From Acidimicrobiia bacterium (GTDB lineage: Bacteria; Actinomycetota; Acidimicrobiia; Spongiisociales; ZC4RG35): a DNA stretch of 64,000 nt. This document shows, piece by piece, positions 39,285-49,026 of the stretch (positions within the stretch are counted from its first letter, which is position 1; every line of letters starts with the position of its first letter). Below the pieces are notes generated by a model. It did not search any database and had not been told where the DNA came from. It worked only from the letters and a program-made list of their open reading frames with translations. The DNA is taken from the NCBI GenBank assembly GCA_965203555.1, contig CBDBCY010000004.1, forward strand, positions 1,760,001 to 1,824,000, given 5' to 3'. The translations under genes and the position numbers were made by a program.

Positions 39285-40178
39285 TCACATGTAGGTCCGC
39301 TTGCGAGGGTCGTATCGGGCCCGCAGGGCGTCGCCCAGCAGGTTGATGGACAGCACCACGAAAGTGATGGCGATCCCCGGGAAGGTCACCACCCACCAGG
39401 CGTCCTGAATGAACTCCCGGCCTCCCGCCAGCATTCCGCCCCAGCTGATATCGGGAGAAACCACCCCCAGGCCCAGGAAGCTCAGGGCGCTTTCGGCAAG
39501 GATCATGGTACCCACTTCCAGGGTGGCCAGCACCAACACAGTGCCGCCCACGTTGGGGAAGATGTGGCGGAGGATGATCCGCATGGGCGAGGCGCCCGCC
39601 GCCCGCAGTCCCAGGATGAATGGCCTCTCCCGAAGGGACAGCGCCTCGGCCCTGATCACCCGGGCGTACTGCGCCCAACTGATGATGGCCAGCACCGCCA
39701 CCAGCACCACCAGGGATCTTCCTCGGCTGACGATGATGGCGATGGCCAGCAGGATGAAGGGAAGGGCCAGTTGGGCGTCCACCACCCGGGCGATGACGGT
39801 GTCCACCCAGCCCCTCCGGTAACCGGCGATCATGCCCAGCAACGTTCCGAACACCGAGCCGACCAGCACCGCGGCGACGGCAATCACAAAAGTAAGGCGG
39901 CCGCCGTAGATAATCCGGGCCAGGATGTCCCGGCCCAGTTGATCGGTGCCGAGCGGATGCTCCCAGGTCCCGCCTTCCAGAAAGATGGGCGGGACCAGCC
40001 GGCCACGCAGGTCCTGCAATCCCGGATCCGCCAGGGGGAGCAGGGGAGCGGCCAGCACCACCAGGCCCAGCAGCAGAAGAGGCAGACTCATCAGCCACAG
40101 CGATCTGTTGCCCGCTCGTCGAGGGCTCTTCGTGTGGTCCGCCGACACCGACCCGGTCAGCATCTTCCGCAGCGTCAT
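39285..40178 (-). CDS. Peptide ABC permease (DppC-like)
   Basis: HPLGTDQLGRD, RHIFPN, ESALSFLGLG, GDALR. Confidence 0.93.
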   Translation of the reverse strand: MTLRKMLTGSVSADHTKSPRRAGNRSLWLMSLPLLLLGLVVLAAPLLPLADPGLQDLRGRLVPPIFLEGGTWEHPLGTDQLGRDILARIIYGGRLTFVIAVAAVLVGSVFGTLLGMIAGYRRGWVDTVIARVVDAQLALPFILLAIAIIVSRGRSLVVLVAVLAIISWAQYARVIRAEALSLRERPFILGLRAAGASPMRIILRHIFPNVGGTVLVLATLEVGTMILAESALSFLGLGVVSPDISWGGMLAGGREFIQDAWWVVTFPGIAITFVVLSINLLGDALRARYDPRKRTYM

Positions 40179-41104
40179 GACGCCTGCTCCCGGATCCGGG
40201 GGTCGATGATCCCGTACAACAGGTCCACCGTCAGGTTGATGACCACGAAGGTCAGGGCGCCCACGATCACGATCGCCTGCACCAGGGAAAAGTCCCGGAA
40301 CTGCACCGCCTGGGTGGCCAGAGTGCCCAGGCCCGGCCAGGCGAACACGAATTCCACGGTGACCGCACCGGAAAGAAGGGCGCCGGCCTGCAGCCCCATG
40401 ATGGTCACCACCGGCAGAGCGGCGTTGCGGATGGCATGGGTGATTATCACCGTGCGTTCCCGCAGGCCCCTCGCCCGGGCGGAGGTGATGTAGGTCTCCT
40501 CCAGCACCTCGCTGAGGCTGGACCGGGTCAGCCTGGCAATGCGGGCCATGGGCAGCACCGACAGGGTCACCGCCGGCAGCACCAGGTGCTGCCAGGTCCC
40601 CGACTGGCCGGCGGGCAGCCACCCCCAGGCCACCGCGAACAGCAGAATGAACATCAGACCCAACCAGAAGAGAGGGATGGACTGGCCGAACAGCGCCACG
40701 AACACCGACATACGGTCCCAGATTCTCCCTTCCTTGAGCGCCGCCACTATCCCCAAGGGAAGGCCGATCAGGGTGGCGATCAGCATCCCCGCCAAAGTCA
40801 GTTGAATGGTGGCGGGAAAACGGCCCAGGATCAGTTCCCAGTTGGGGCGGCTGTAGCGCAGGGAGTCGCCCAGGTCAAAGGTTGCCAACTGGCCCAGGTA
40901 GTTAGCGAACTGGACGGGCAGGGGCTTGTCCAGCCCCAGTTCTATCTGCTTTTCCAGCACCTGTTCCTCGGTGGCGAATTCCCCCAGGATGTTGCGAGCC
41001 GGATCGCCGGCGGTCCGGGCCAGAAAGAAAGCCAGGCTCAGCGCGATCAGCAATGTTATGAGCGCTCCCACCAACTTTGGCGCCATGAACCGCACGAAGC
41101 TCAT
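40175..41104 (-). CDS. Peptide ABC permease (DppB-like)
   Basis: GDPA, LGLDKP, ARARGL, HAIRNA, VFAWPGLG, DPRIR. Confidence 0.94.
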   Translation of the reverse strand: MSFVRFMAPKLVGALITLLIALSLAFFLARTAGDPARNILGEFATEEQVLEKQIELGLDKPLPVQFANYLGQLATFDLGDSLRYSRPNWELILGRFPATIQLTLAGMLIATLIGLPLGIVAALKEGRIWDRMSVFVALFGQSIPLFWLGLMFILLFAVAWGWLPAGQSGTWQHLVLPAVTLSVLPMARIARLTRSSLSEVLEETYITSARARGLRERTVIITHAIRNAALPVVTIMGLQAGALLSGAVTVEFVFAWPGLGTLATQAVQFRDFSLVQAIVIVGALTFVVINLTVDLLYGIIDPRIREQAS

Positions 41105-41937
41105 CCCCGGACCTCCCCCACCCCGTGGCCGTCGTCGCCCTCCAGCGCAGAACGGTCCCAGTCCCTGCCGGGAATTGCATCGATCAACCGACGTGTATAG
41201 AGGTGGGACGGAGACGCCAGCAAATCCTCGGTGTCACCCGCCTCGACCACCCGACCGTCCTTCATGACATACACCCGGTCGCACAGGTTTCGAACCACGC
41301 TCAGATCATGGCTGATCAGAAGCACCGCGATCTGTTCGGATTCCCGCAGCTGCAGCAGGAGATTGAGTATCTGAGCCTGCACCGAGACATCCAGGGCCGA
41401 AGTCGGCTCGTCGGCCACCAGGAGCGACGGCCGAAGCAGGAGAGCACGCGCTATCGAGACCCGCTGGGCCTGCCCTCCGCTCAACTCGTGCGGGAGGTGG
41501 TCCAACAGGTCTTCCGTCATGCCCACCTTGGCCAAAAGTTCGGCATCGGTTACCCATGTGGTGCGGTCGGGATGAAGGGATCGCAACTCGGAAAGGCCGC
41601 TGCGCACGGTCTGCCGGGGGTCGAGCGAACCGTGCGGGTCCTGGAACACGACCTGGATCCGGGATCTCAGCCGGCGCATCCGGGACCGCGAGATCCCGAT
41701 GATAGATTCACCGGTCAGGAGGATTCTGCCATCGGTGATCCTGCCCAGAAGGGCAGTGGCCAAGGCCAAGGTGGTCTTGCCCGAGCCGGATTCTCCCACC
41801 AAACCGACTATCTCACCGGCTTCGATGTGAAGGGAGACGCCGTCGACTGCCACCACGTCCGGTCTCTTTCCGATCCCCCGTTCCGAGAAAACCACCCGGA
41901 GGTCTTCAATGTGGAGAACCGGCGGGGATTTGGTCAC
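41101..41937 (-). CDS. Peptide ABC ATPase (DppF-like)
   Basis: GESGSGKTT, LSGGQAQR, ADEPTSALD. Confidence 0.94.
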   Translation of the reverse strand: MTKSPPVLHIEDLRVVFSERGIGKRPDVVAVDGVSLHIEAGEIVGLVGESGSGKTTLALATALLGRITDGRILLTGESIIGISRSRMRRLRSRIQVVFQDPHGSLDPRQTVRSGLSELRSLHPDRTTWVTDAELLAKVGMTEDLLDHLPHELSGGQAQRVSIARALLLRPSLLVADEPTSALDVSVQAQILNLLLQLRESEQIAVLLISHDLSVVRNLCDRVYVMKDGRVVEAGDTEDLLASPSHLYTRRLIDAIPGRDWDRSALEGDDGHGVGEVRG

Positions 41938-41950
41938 ATACGGCCTTTGA

Positions 41951-43060
41951 TCAGAAGCCAGGATTGCCGGGGGAACCGGAAAACCGCGGAACGATCTCTG
42001 CGCCGATGCGCTCGATGGATTCCAGGGTCTCCTCCAGGGTGGGACCAGAGAAATGGCGGAGTCGCAATATGATCTCCTCCGGCCCGACCAGTTCGATCCA
42101 TTCCGGAAGTGTTTCCAGCCAGTGTTCCAAGGATCCGCACAGCACGCGGTCGGTCAACACGTGCTCCACGGTCAACTCGGCCGGACCGGATAGGTCGGCG
42201 AACCACGGTTCGTACTTGGGGTGATAACTGTTGCCCCGCTCCATGTAAACCCTGTGGTAGCCGAGCACGTACTCTCCGTAAGTTTCTATTGCAGCCTGAT
42301 CGGTCTCTCCCAGCCAGGCTTCCCGCAGCATCACGATCCGGGGTTCTTTGCCCGCTCTTTCGCACTCTTCCCGGTAGATCTGCGCCAGATCTGCTAACCA
42401 GTGGATGTTGCGGATGGGACCGGTGACCCATCCGTCGGCGTAACGGGCGGCTCTTCTCACCCCGCCAGGTGACCATGCGCCAGCGAACACCTCCAACTCC
42501 ACATCGGCCACTGCCTCGTCCCGGACGGGAGTCCTGCCACGGTAGGGGCCGTCCAACACCACCTCCTCACCGTTCAGATAGGCCCTGATCGCCTGCAAGC
42601 CATGCTCCATGCGCTCCGCTCTCTGGCTGTGGTCGACCCCCAGTATCTGGAAATCTCCCTTCATGTAACCTGCGCCCACGCACAGTCGGAACCGGCCCGG
42701 GTGGAGCACGGCCAACATGGTGGCGTCCTGTACCACCTCCACCGGATGGTGTAAGGGCAGCACGACCAGGCCGGCGGCGAACATTATCCCCTCCACCTGC
42801 CCCAGGCCATAGGCAGAAAGAAGTATGGGGTTGTGGGAGTAGGAAGTGGCCCCGGAACTGCGCCGCTCCCCGGTATACACACAATGGAACGCGGCTGCCG
42901 ACGCCGCCGCGGATTCCTGCAGGAACCCATCGAGGTCGTAACGCCGCTGCCCGTTTTGGACTGTCTGGTTGGGGGGTGCGATGCTGAAGCGAATAGATGT
43001 GTCCGGGACGACTTGGGATATAGAGTAACCCTCTGCTGCCCAAGTCCCCCGGAGTCCCAC
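41951..43060 (-). CDS. Divergent LLM-class oxidoreductase (start uncertain)
   Basis: GERR in place of EHH; PGRFRLCVGAGY; RRAARYADGW. Confidence 0.85.
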   Translation of the reverse strand: MGLRGTWAAEGYSISQVVPDTSIRFSIAPPNQTVQNGQRRYDLDGFLQESAAASAAAFHCVYTGERRSSGATSYSHNPILLSAYGLGQVEGIMFAAGLVVLPLHHPVEVVQDATMLAVLHPGRFRLCVGAGYMKGDFQILGVDHSQRAERMEHGLQAIRAYLNGEEVVLDGPYRGRTPVRDEAVADVELEVFAGAWSPGGVRRAARYADGWVTGPIRNIHWLADLAQIYREECERAGKEPRIVMLREAWLGETDQAAIETYGEYVLGYHRVYMERGNSYHPKYEPWFADLSGPAELTVEHVLTDRVLCGSLEHWLETLPEWIELVGPEEIILRLRHFSGPTLEETLESIERIGAEIVPRFSGSPGNPGF

Positions 43061-43095
43061 CTATCTTGGGGATAACAATCGAAAGGAGCCCGAGG

Positions 43096-44511
43096 TTGGA
43101 ATACCAGGATTATGACGCGATAGGACTGGCGGAGTTGGTGCGTAGTGGAGAGACAACTCCCGCCGAGTTGCTGGACACCGCCATAGAGCGGATCGAGAAG
43201 CTGAATCCGGTGATCAACGCGGTGAACCGCAAGATGTACGACGAGGCCCGGGCTTCGATCGAGCGGGGTCTTCCCGACGGGCCATTCACCGGGGTTCCCT
43301 TCCTACTCAAGGATCTCCGGGCGGCCTATGAGGGAGTTCCCACCGTAGCGGGCAGCACGTTTTTTGCAGACAAGGTGGCACCGTACGACAGCGAACTGGT
43401 GCGCCGCTACCGGGCAGCCGGGCTGGTGATCGCCGGCAAGACCAACACCCCCGAGTTCGGAGGGGCACCCACCACCGAACCCAGCCTGTACGGTCCTACC
43501 CGCAATCCCTGGAACCTGGAACATTCGAGCGGCGGCTCGAGCGGCGGCTCCGCAGCGGCGGTGGCGGCGGGAATCGTGCCGGCCGCCCACGGGAGCGACG
43601 GTGGGGGGTCCCTGCGTATTCCGGCGGGCTGTTGCGGAGTATTCAGTCTCAAGCCCACCCGGGGACGGACCCCGGCGGGACCCGACTTCGGCGAGGCCTG
43701 GAACGGCGTGAGCCAAGAGCACGTCATATCCCGCACCGTGCGCGACAACGCTGCCCTGCTGGATGTCACCACCGGCCCGTCGTTGGGCGATCCTTACTCG
43801 GTGCCGCCGTCCAAGGATTCGTTCCTGGCCTCCGCCGGGCATCCTCCCGGACCGCTTTCAGTGGCCTTCACCACTTCCACCCCGGCAGGACCTGCTCATC
43901 CCGACTGCGTGGAAGCGGTGGAAGAGACCATCAAGTTGCTGACCGAACTGGGCCACGAAGTCACCGAGGACAGCCCTGAGTGGGACCGGCCAACCGTGGG
44001 CGCCGCCTTCCGTTTGCTTATTGCCGCCAACGTCATGGCAGGCATTGACGAATACGCCGAAATAAAGGGTCGTCACCCCCGTGATGACGAATTGGAGAAT
44101 GTCATCCGCGTGTTGGGTGCGGAAAGCTATGACTTCACTTCGGTGGATATGGTGAGAGCCACTTGGGCCATGCACCGGGCCGGTCGGGCGGTAGCGCCCT
44201 TTTTCCAGAAATACGACGTCTGGTTGACCCCGACGGTGGCGACGCCACCACCACCACTGGGCCTCATCGATATGACGACCGAAGACATAGACTCCTACCT
44301 CGTAACAGTCTTCGGGTTTATACCGTTCACCGCCATCGCCAACATCGCCGGGATACCTGCCATGTCCGTCCCCATCCACTGGAACGCCGATGGTTTGCCG
44401 ATCGGAGTCCACTTCGTGGCCGGTTACGCCCGTGATGACCTTTTGTTCAGCCTGGCGGGACAACTGGAAGCGGCCCGGCCCTGGGCCGACCGTAGACCGC
44501 CGGTCAGCTAG
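43096..44511 (+). CDS. Amidase-signature family amidase
   Basis: [30 protein letters not shown]; AAGGAG RBS before TTG 43096. Confidence 0.94.
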   Translation: MEYQDYDAIGLAELVRSGETTPAELLDTAIERIEKLNPVINAVNRKMYDEARASIERGLPDGPFTGVPFLLKDLRAAYEGVPTVAGSTFFADKVAPYDSELVRRYRAAGLVIAGKTNTPEFGGAPTTEPSLYGPTRNPWNLEHSSGGSSGGSAAAVAAGIVPAAHGSDGGGSLRIPAGCCGVFSLKPTRGRTPAGPDFGEAWNGVSQEHVISRTVRDNAALLDVTTGPSLGDPYSVPPSKDSFLASAGHPPGPLSVAFTTSTPAGPAHPDCVEAVEETIKLLTELGHEVTEDSPEWDRPTVGAAFRLLIAANVMAGIDEYAEIKGRHPRDDELENVIRVLGAESYDFTSVDMVRATWAMHRAGRAVAPFFQKYDVWLTPTVATPPPPLGLIDMTTEDIDSYLVTVFGFIPFTAIANIAGIPAMSVPIHWNADGLPIGVHFVAGYARDDLLFSLAGQLEAARPWADRRPPVS

Positions 44512-44529
44512 CGACATCACTGGAAAAGA

Positions 44530-44560
44530 CGATGGGGCCGACTTGAGGTCGGCCCCATCG
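44530..44560. terminator. Intrinsic terminator between convergent amidase and SBP genes
   Basis: Perfect 13-bp stem CGATGGGGCCGAC / GTCGGCCCCATCG, 5-nt loop; TCTTTT follows on the minus strand. Confidence 0.8.
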
Positions 44561-44584
44561 TGGTTCTCCGTGAAACGGTGCCTG

Positions 44585-46327
44585 CTACTCCTGGAAGTAG
44601 AGACCCTCGTAATCGATCTGAAGATCCAGTCGCTGATGGAATCCGCCCAGACCCGTGGTGTACGCGAAATTGTCCACCTGGTCGTATATGGAAACCCAAC
44701 AGACCAAGTCGATCAAGACGATCCGCTCCACCTCGCTGTAGGCGGCGATGCGCTCCTCTTCGGTCTGTGCCGTGGCGCCGATGACCGCCAGTTCATCCAA
44801 CCGGTCGCTGGTGCACGCCTTCACCAATCCGGCGGAAGTGAAGGTGGTCCGCATGAAGACATCCTCATGCGGATAGCGAACGTCGAATGGCAACTGGTGG
44901 GTGCCGCCCAGTTGATTGGTGAACAGGGCAACGATGAACTCCCCCGGCTCAAGAGCGCGAGCCTCCAAAGGCAGTCCGACCGCTTCCAACATTCCGACCA
45001 CTGCTTCGCCCATGTCCTTGTCGCTGATGTAGCGGCCGACCGTGTAGTTGATCGGAATCGGCGGGATGTCCCCTTCGGCCTGCACCTCGGCGACCAATTC
45101 CCTTGCCCGGTCCGGGTCGTACGGGTAATAGTCGTCGGCATGCCTACCGGTGCTGGAGAAGAAGTTGTGGAAGGCGTTGGGGTTGGCGATGCCGCCCCTT
45201 CCCTCCAACACTCCATCTACCAGGGCGTCCCGATCTATGGCATGGGCGATTGCCTGGCGGAGGCGGATGTCATCCAAAGGCGGAGCGTGGATGTTGATGC
45301 CCATAAAGAACTTGTTGCCTCCAGGCGCGGCGGAGAGAACCAGAGTGTCGTTCGCCTCGATGTCGTCGAAGAGCTGGGGTGACAGAGTGACGATCATATC
45401 CGCGTCGCCCGTTTGCAGGAGCGCCAGACGGGTGTTGGCGTCAGGAGCCCATGTCCACTCCACACCATCGAGACTGGGAGCGCCGTTCCAATAGTCCTGG
45501 TTGGCCGAAGCGCTGATCATCTCCCCCGGGATCCACTCCTCGAACACCAGCGGACCAGTGCCGACCGGCGCCAGACCGAATTCCTCGGCCCCCACTTCCG
45601 CCAGGTAGGCGGGCGGGAACACAAAGGTCTCGGTAAGCAAGGCTGGAAGCAACCCGATACCCGTCTCCGTGGTGGTGATGATCTCAAATGTTGTGTCGTC
45701 GACGGCTTGGGCATCGGCGATCAGGGTGAAATAGACCCGCAGCCCGCCGGTGTCGCGGTTGGCGCGCACCGAGGCGGCCGCCGCTGCAGCGTTGAACGGC
45801 TCACCGTTGTGGAACGAGACGCCTTCTCGCACCGTGAACCGCCAGGTGAGTCCGTCCACCTGCTCGTAGGCCGTGATCAAGCCACTCGGTTCCGGATGGT
45901 TATTCACATCCTTCTCCATGAGAACATCGATGATTCCCCGCGAGATTTGCTGTGCGAAGCGAGATGTGGCAATGGAGGGATTGAGAGATTTAGGTTCGGT
46001 TCCGATCACCATCCGCAGAATGCCCCCCTCCACCTTGGTGGGTCCTGCCTGCGTGGTCTCGGTCACCTCCTCTTCCATCTCCTCCTCTTCCTCTTCCTCT
46101 TCCATCTCCGCCGCCGCGGTGGTGGTTGTGGTGGCGCGGGTGGTGGCAGTGGTGGTTTCGGGAGTGGGTTCCTCCGGCGCGGTGGTGGCGGTGGTCGTGT
46201 CCGGCTGGGCGGCAGCGGTGGTGACCGACGGTTCCTCGTCATCACCGCATGCGGCCACCAGCAAGGCCAACGTAGCCAGGACCGCGATCAGCTTCACACC
46301 GGAAAAACGGCGGAATCTAAACCTCAT
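44585..46327 (-). CDS. Family 5 ABC substrate-binding lipoprotein with Thr/Glu-rich linker
   Basis: Lipobox LVAAC; TTTAA/EEEE linker; FHNGEPF, PVGTGP, RQAIAHAIDR. Confidence 0.93.
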   Translation of the reverse strand: MRFRFRRFSGVKLIAVLATLALLVAACGDDEEPSVTTAAAQPDTTTATTAPEEPTPETTTATTRATTTTTAAAEMEEEEEEEEMEEEVTETTQAGPTKVEGGILRMVIGTEPKSLNPSIATSRFAQQISRGIIDVLMEKDVNNHPEPSGLITAYEQVDGLTWRFTVREGVSFHNGEPFNAAAAAASVRANRDTGGLRVYFTLIADAQAVDDTTFEIITTTETGIGLLPALLTETFVFPPAYLAEVGAEEFGLAPVGTGPLVFEEWIPGEMISASANQDYWNGAPSLDGVEWTWAPDANTRLALLQTGDADMIVTLSPQLFDDIEANDTLVLSAAPGGNKFFMGINIHAPPLDDIRLRQAIAHAIDRDALVDGVLEGRGGIANPNAFHNFFSSTGRHADDYYPYDPDRARELVAEVQAEGDIPPIPINYTVGRYISDKDMGEAVVGMLEAVGLPLEARALEPGEFIVALFTNQLGGTHQLPFDVRYPHEDVFMRTTFTSAGLVKACTSDRLDELAVIGATAQTEEERIAAYSEVERIVLIDLVCWVSIYDQVDNFAYTTGLGGFHQRLDLQIDYEGLYFQE

Positions 46328-46450
46328 CTTCTTCTCCTTGTGTTGATGTCTATCTGTCTGTCAAACAGCTTGCAGGAATGCGCCATACCGCGCGGTACTG
46401 GTGCAATCCCTAGCTTATAACCCCAAGTCTCGGGCAGGGCTGCCGGGTCG

Positions 46451-47458
46451 CTATCGTCTTCTGGGCGTGGGCATCGTTTTGCCGGGCCAACCCACCGCAT
46501 AGGTGAAGTCTCCCGGCTGCACAATGGCCGGCCGAGCCGGCGCCAACATAAGCAGAGGCTCTTCGGTGACTGTGAACTCCCTCATCGGTCCAGGCCCCCA
46601 CAACTCGAATCCCGCACCCATCCCGGCTCGTGACCCGATCTCGTCAACTATGAACTCCTCTATGCGTTCTCCCGTCACAAGATCCGTTATCCACCCCACC
46701 GGACCAACCTCTGCCCTGATACCCACCTGGGACGGTCCGTATCGTCCGTCGAGCGCTCCGGCGTGAGAAGCCAGGAACACTTTCACCTGATCCAGAATCG
46801 CAACCTGATCGGGGCCGGTTGGCTGGGAGTCGAGATGACCCCGGTATCTCAGGGTATTCAGGCACCCCTCTACACCCAGGGTGGGGTCGTTTGACTCTCC
46901 TCCTCCGAACTCGGCCAGGAAAGAGGACCCCCCGGCGGCCGTCACCGCCTGGCTGAGTTGACCGGGGACATGCCTGTTGATCACCACCGGCAGATAGCCG
47001 AACGAGGCACTGAGATCCAGATCGCCATAGTCGTAGGTGTAATGCAATCCCCGGCCGGGGGTCCCGGAGTGAAGATCGACGACACAGTCGGCTTCCTCCA
47101 ACAGCGCTGACATCAGGGCATGCGCCATTTGGTCGGATAGAAACCCGGCAGGCCGACCGGGAAACCGCCGGTTGAGTTGCATGCCATCGGGGTTGTCCCG
47201 GGTTCCGGCGGCCAGACCGAATAGGTTGGAAGCCGGGACCAGGGTCACGGTCCCGGCAAGGTCTGAACCGAGCAGGCGACGCCGAAGTTCGTGAACCGCC
47301 AGAACCGCCAAGGGTTTGTCTCCCAGCAGGCCGGCCGCGATGGCGGTTGCCGGCCCGGACCGGGAACCGACCAACCGGTGAAACCGGATCTTCCAGGTTC
47401 CACCGTCCATCCGGCGAGCACCCGTGTCAACCTCATAGATCGTTTCGCCTACGCTCAT
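46451..47458 (-). CDS. Succinylglutamate desuccinylase/aspartoacylase (M14-like) family protein
   Basis: LNRRFPG, VVDLHSG, AEFGG; canonical HGDE reads LGDK. Confidence 0.8.
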   Translation of the reverse strand: MSVGETIYEVDTGARRMDGGTWKIRFHRLVGSRSGPATAIAAGLLGDKPLAVLAVHELRRRLLGSDLAGTVTLVPASNLFGLAAGTRDNPDGMQLNRRFPGRPAGFLSDQMAHALMSALLEEADCVVDLHSGTPGRGLHYTYDYGDLDLSASFGYLPVVINRHVPGQLSQAVTAAGGSSFLAEFGGGESNDPTLGVEGCLNTLRYRGHLDSQPTGPDQVAILDQVKVFLASHAGALDGRYGPSQVGIRAEVGPVGWITDLVTGERIEEFIVDEIGSRAGMGAGFELWGPGPMREFTVTEEPLLMLAPARPAIVQPGDFTYAVGWPGKTMPTPRRR

Positions 47459-47529
47459 TTATCTGCTCCTTGTGTAGCTGTTCCGTAGCCGGAGTTCGCG
47501 AAGAATTCTGACCTCCCCCGCGGTGCTTC

Positions 47530-48576
47530 TCAAATAAACCGGGGGATTATTTCGCGGCCGATGCGCTCTATCACCCGCAGGGTGTCATGTGGGGACGGAC
47601 CGCTCTGGAAGCGCAGGCGAAGCACTATCTCTTCAGGTTGGATGCTCTTAATCCAGCCCTGGAGCAGTTCCAGCCATGTATCTACCGATCCGATCACGAA
47701 CCGGTCCTCCAGCAGATGGTGCAACGCCAGTTCCTCTTTGCTGTCGATTTCCCTCAGCCACGGATCGACACCGACGTCGTAAGGCTTGCCCTCTCCGGTC
47801 TCCAGGCTCTTCCATCCACCCTCCATCCGCGGGAAGTACTCGGCATGGGCGTGGATCACGTGCGGGCCGTACTCGGCCCTGGCCTGCTCATCGGTGTCGG
47901 CCAGCCAGGCCTCCCGCAGGAGGCCGATCCGGGGTTTTCTTCCGTGCCGTCGGCATTCCTCCCGGTACACCTTCGCCAATTCGGCCACCACCTTTCCGGT
48001 GCGCATCGGGTCGGGCAACCACCCGTCAGCCAGGCGGGCGGTCCGCCGCACCCCCGCCTCGGCCCATGATCCCACCCACACTTCCGGCATGTGAGGACCC
48101 ATCGCCGGATCCAAGGCGGGCACCGGTCCCCTTCCCACGTCAATGCTGATCTCTCCGTTGCGGAAGGCGTTGATGAGCCGCAGTCCCTTTTCCATGTCCC
48201 GGCCCCTGCGCGACAGTTTCTTCCCGAACATTTCGAAGGCGTGCTCGTTGTACCCCGCTCCAACACCCAGCCGAAACCTCCCGGGATAGAGCGAATTGAG
48301 GACCGTGGCGTCCTGGATGACCTGGTAGGGGTCCCGCAGGGGCAACTGGACTACGGTGACGGCGAAGTTCAGGCGACTGGTGGCCTGCAGCGCCGAGGCA
48401 GCCAGGACATGCGGGCTCGTCGTATAGGCGGTCACCCCTATCCGGCGCTCTCCCACCACCACCGAGTAAAAACCGGCTCGCTCGGCGGCCTGGCACTCGG
48501 CTATGAAGGCGTCGAAGTCGAACTCGTAGCGTCCGTTGACAATCCTCTGCAGCGGAACGGCCAGACTGAAGCGCAA
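47530..48576 (-). CDS. Divergent LLM-class oxidoreductase
   Basis: GERR motif; PGRFRLGVGAGY; RRTARLADGW; paralog of 41951..43060. Confidence 0.88.
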   Translation of the reverse strand: MRFSLAVPLQRIVNGRYEFDFDAFIAECQAAERAGFYSVVVGERRIGVTAYTTSPHVLAASALQATSRLNFAVTVVQLPLRDPYQVIQDATVLNSLYPGRFRLGVGAGYNEHAFEMFGKKLSRRGRDMEKGLRLINAFRNGEISIDVGRGPVPALDPAMGPHMPEVWVGSWAEAGVRRTARLADGWLPDPMRTGKVVAELAKVYREECRRHGRKPRIGLLREAWLADTDEQARAEYGPHVIHAHAEYFPRMEGGWKSLETGEGKPYDVGVDPWLREIDSKEELALHHLLEDRFVIGSVDTWLELLQGWIKSIQPEEIVLRLRFQSGPSPHDTLRVIERIGREIIPRFI

Positions 48577-48588
48577 TTCGATCTCTCC

Positions 48589-48879
48589 TCAGGCAACCCA
48601 GGCTTCGGGGTGGCGCAGAGAGCACTCGTGCTTGACCAAGTGGTAGCTGGGTCGGCTGAACCCCGAACCCAGGGCTTCCCGGTGGCGACCGATGACCGCC
48701 TCCGCATCCCCGTCCGCCCGGGCGTGCGGCAAGCTGCCCCACTCCAGCATCACCATGATCGGGGGCTCGCTGCCCGGATAGACGGTGTGCTTGCCCTCCT
48801 CGAAACCCACCTGTCCCAACAGATCCCGCACAGGTGAAAACCTTCGTTCAATGCCAGCAACTATGCAAATAGCTTCCAA
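48589..48879 (-). CDS. Hypothetical protein, probably a C-terminal remnant
   Basis: Stops 12 bp before the LLM start; no good RBS; 5' end lies in the tandem repeat. Confidence 0.35.
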   Translation of the reverse strand: MEAICIVAGIERRFSPVRDLLGQVGFEEGKHTVYPGSEPPIMVMLEWGSLPHARADGDAEAVIGRHREALGSGFSRPSYHLVKHECSLRHPEAWVA

Positions 48880-49026
48880 TGCCTTCTAGATTAGAACTTG
48901 GGTTCGGAGATACCGTTGTGCAACTATGCAAATAGCTTCCAATGCCTTCTAGAACTTGGGTTCGGAGATACCGTTGTGCAACTATGCAAATAGCTTCCAA
49001 TGCCTTCTAGATTAGAACTTGCGGTT
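48857..49026. repeat. Tandem repeat, ~2.8 copies of a 63/58-bp unit
   Basis: GCAACTATGCAAATAGCTTCCAATGCCTTCTAGA(TTAGA)ACTTGGGTTCGGAGATACCGTTGT; copies start at 48857, 48920, 48978. Confidence 0.95.

Noticed and set aside
46060-46235. GGT/TCC low-complexity repeats
   Set aside because: Encode the Thr/Glu-rich linker of the SBP lipoprotein
48857-49026. Possible mini-CRISPR array
   Set aside because: The would-be spacers are identical, the repeat overlaps a CDS and no cas genes are present; it is a tandem duplication
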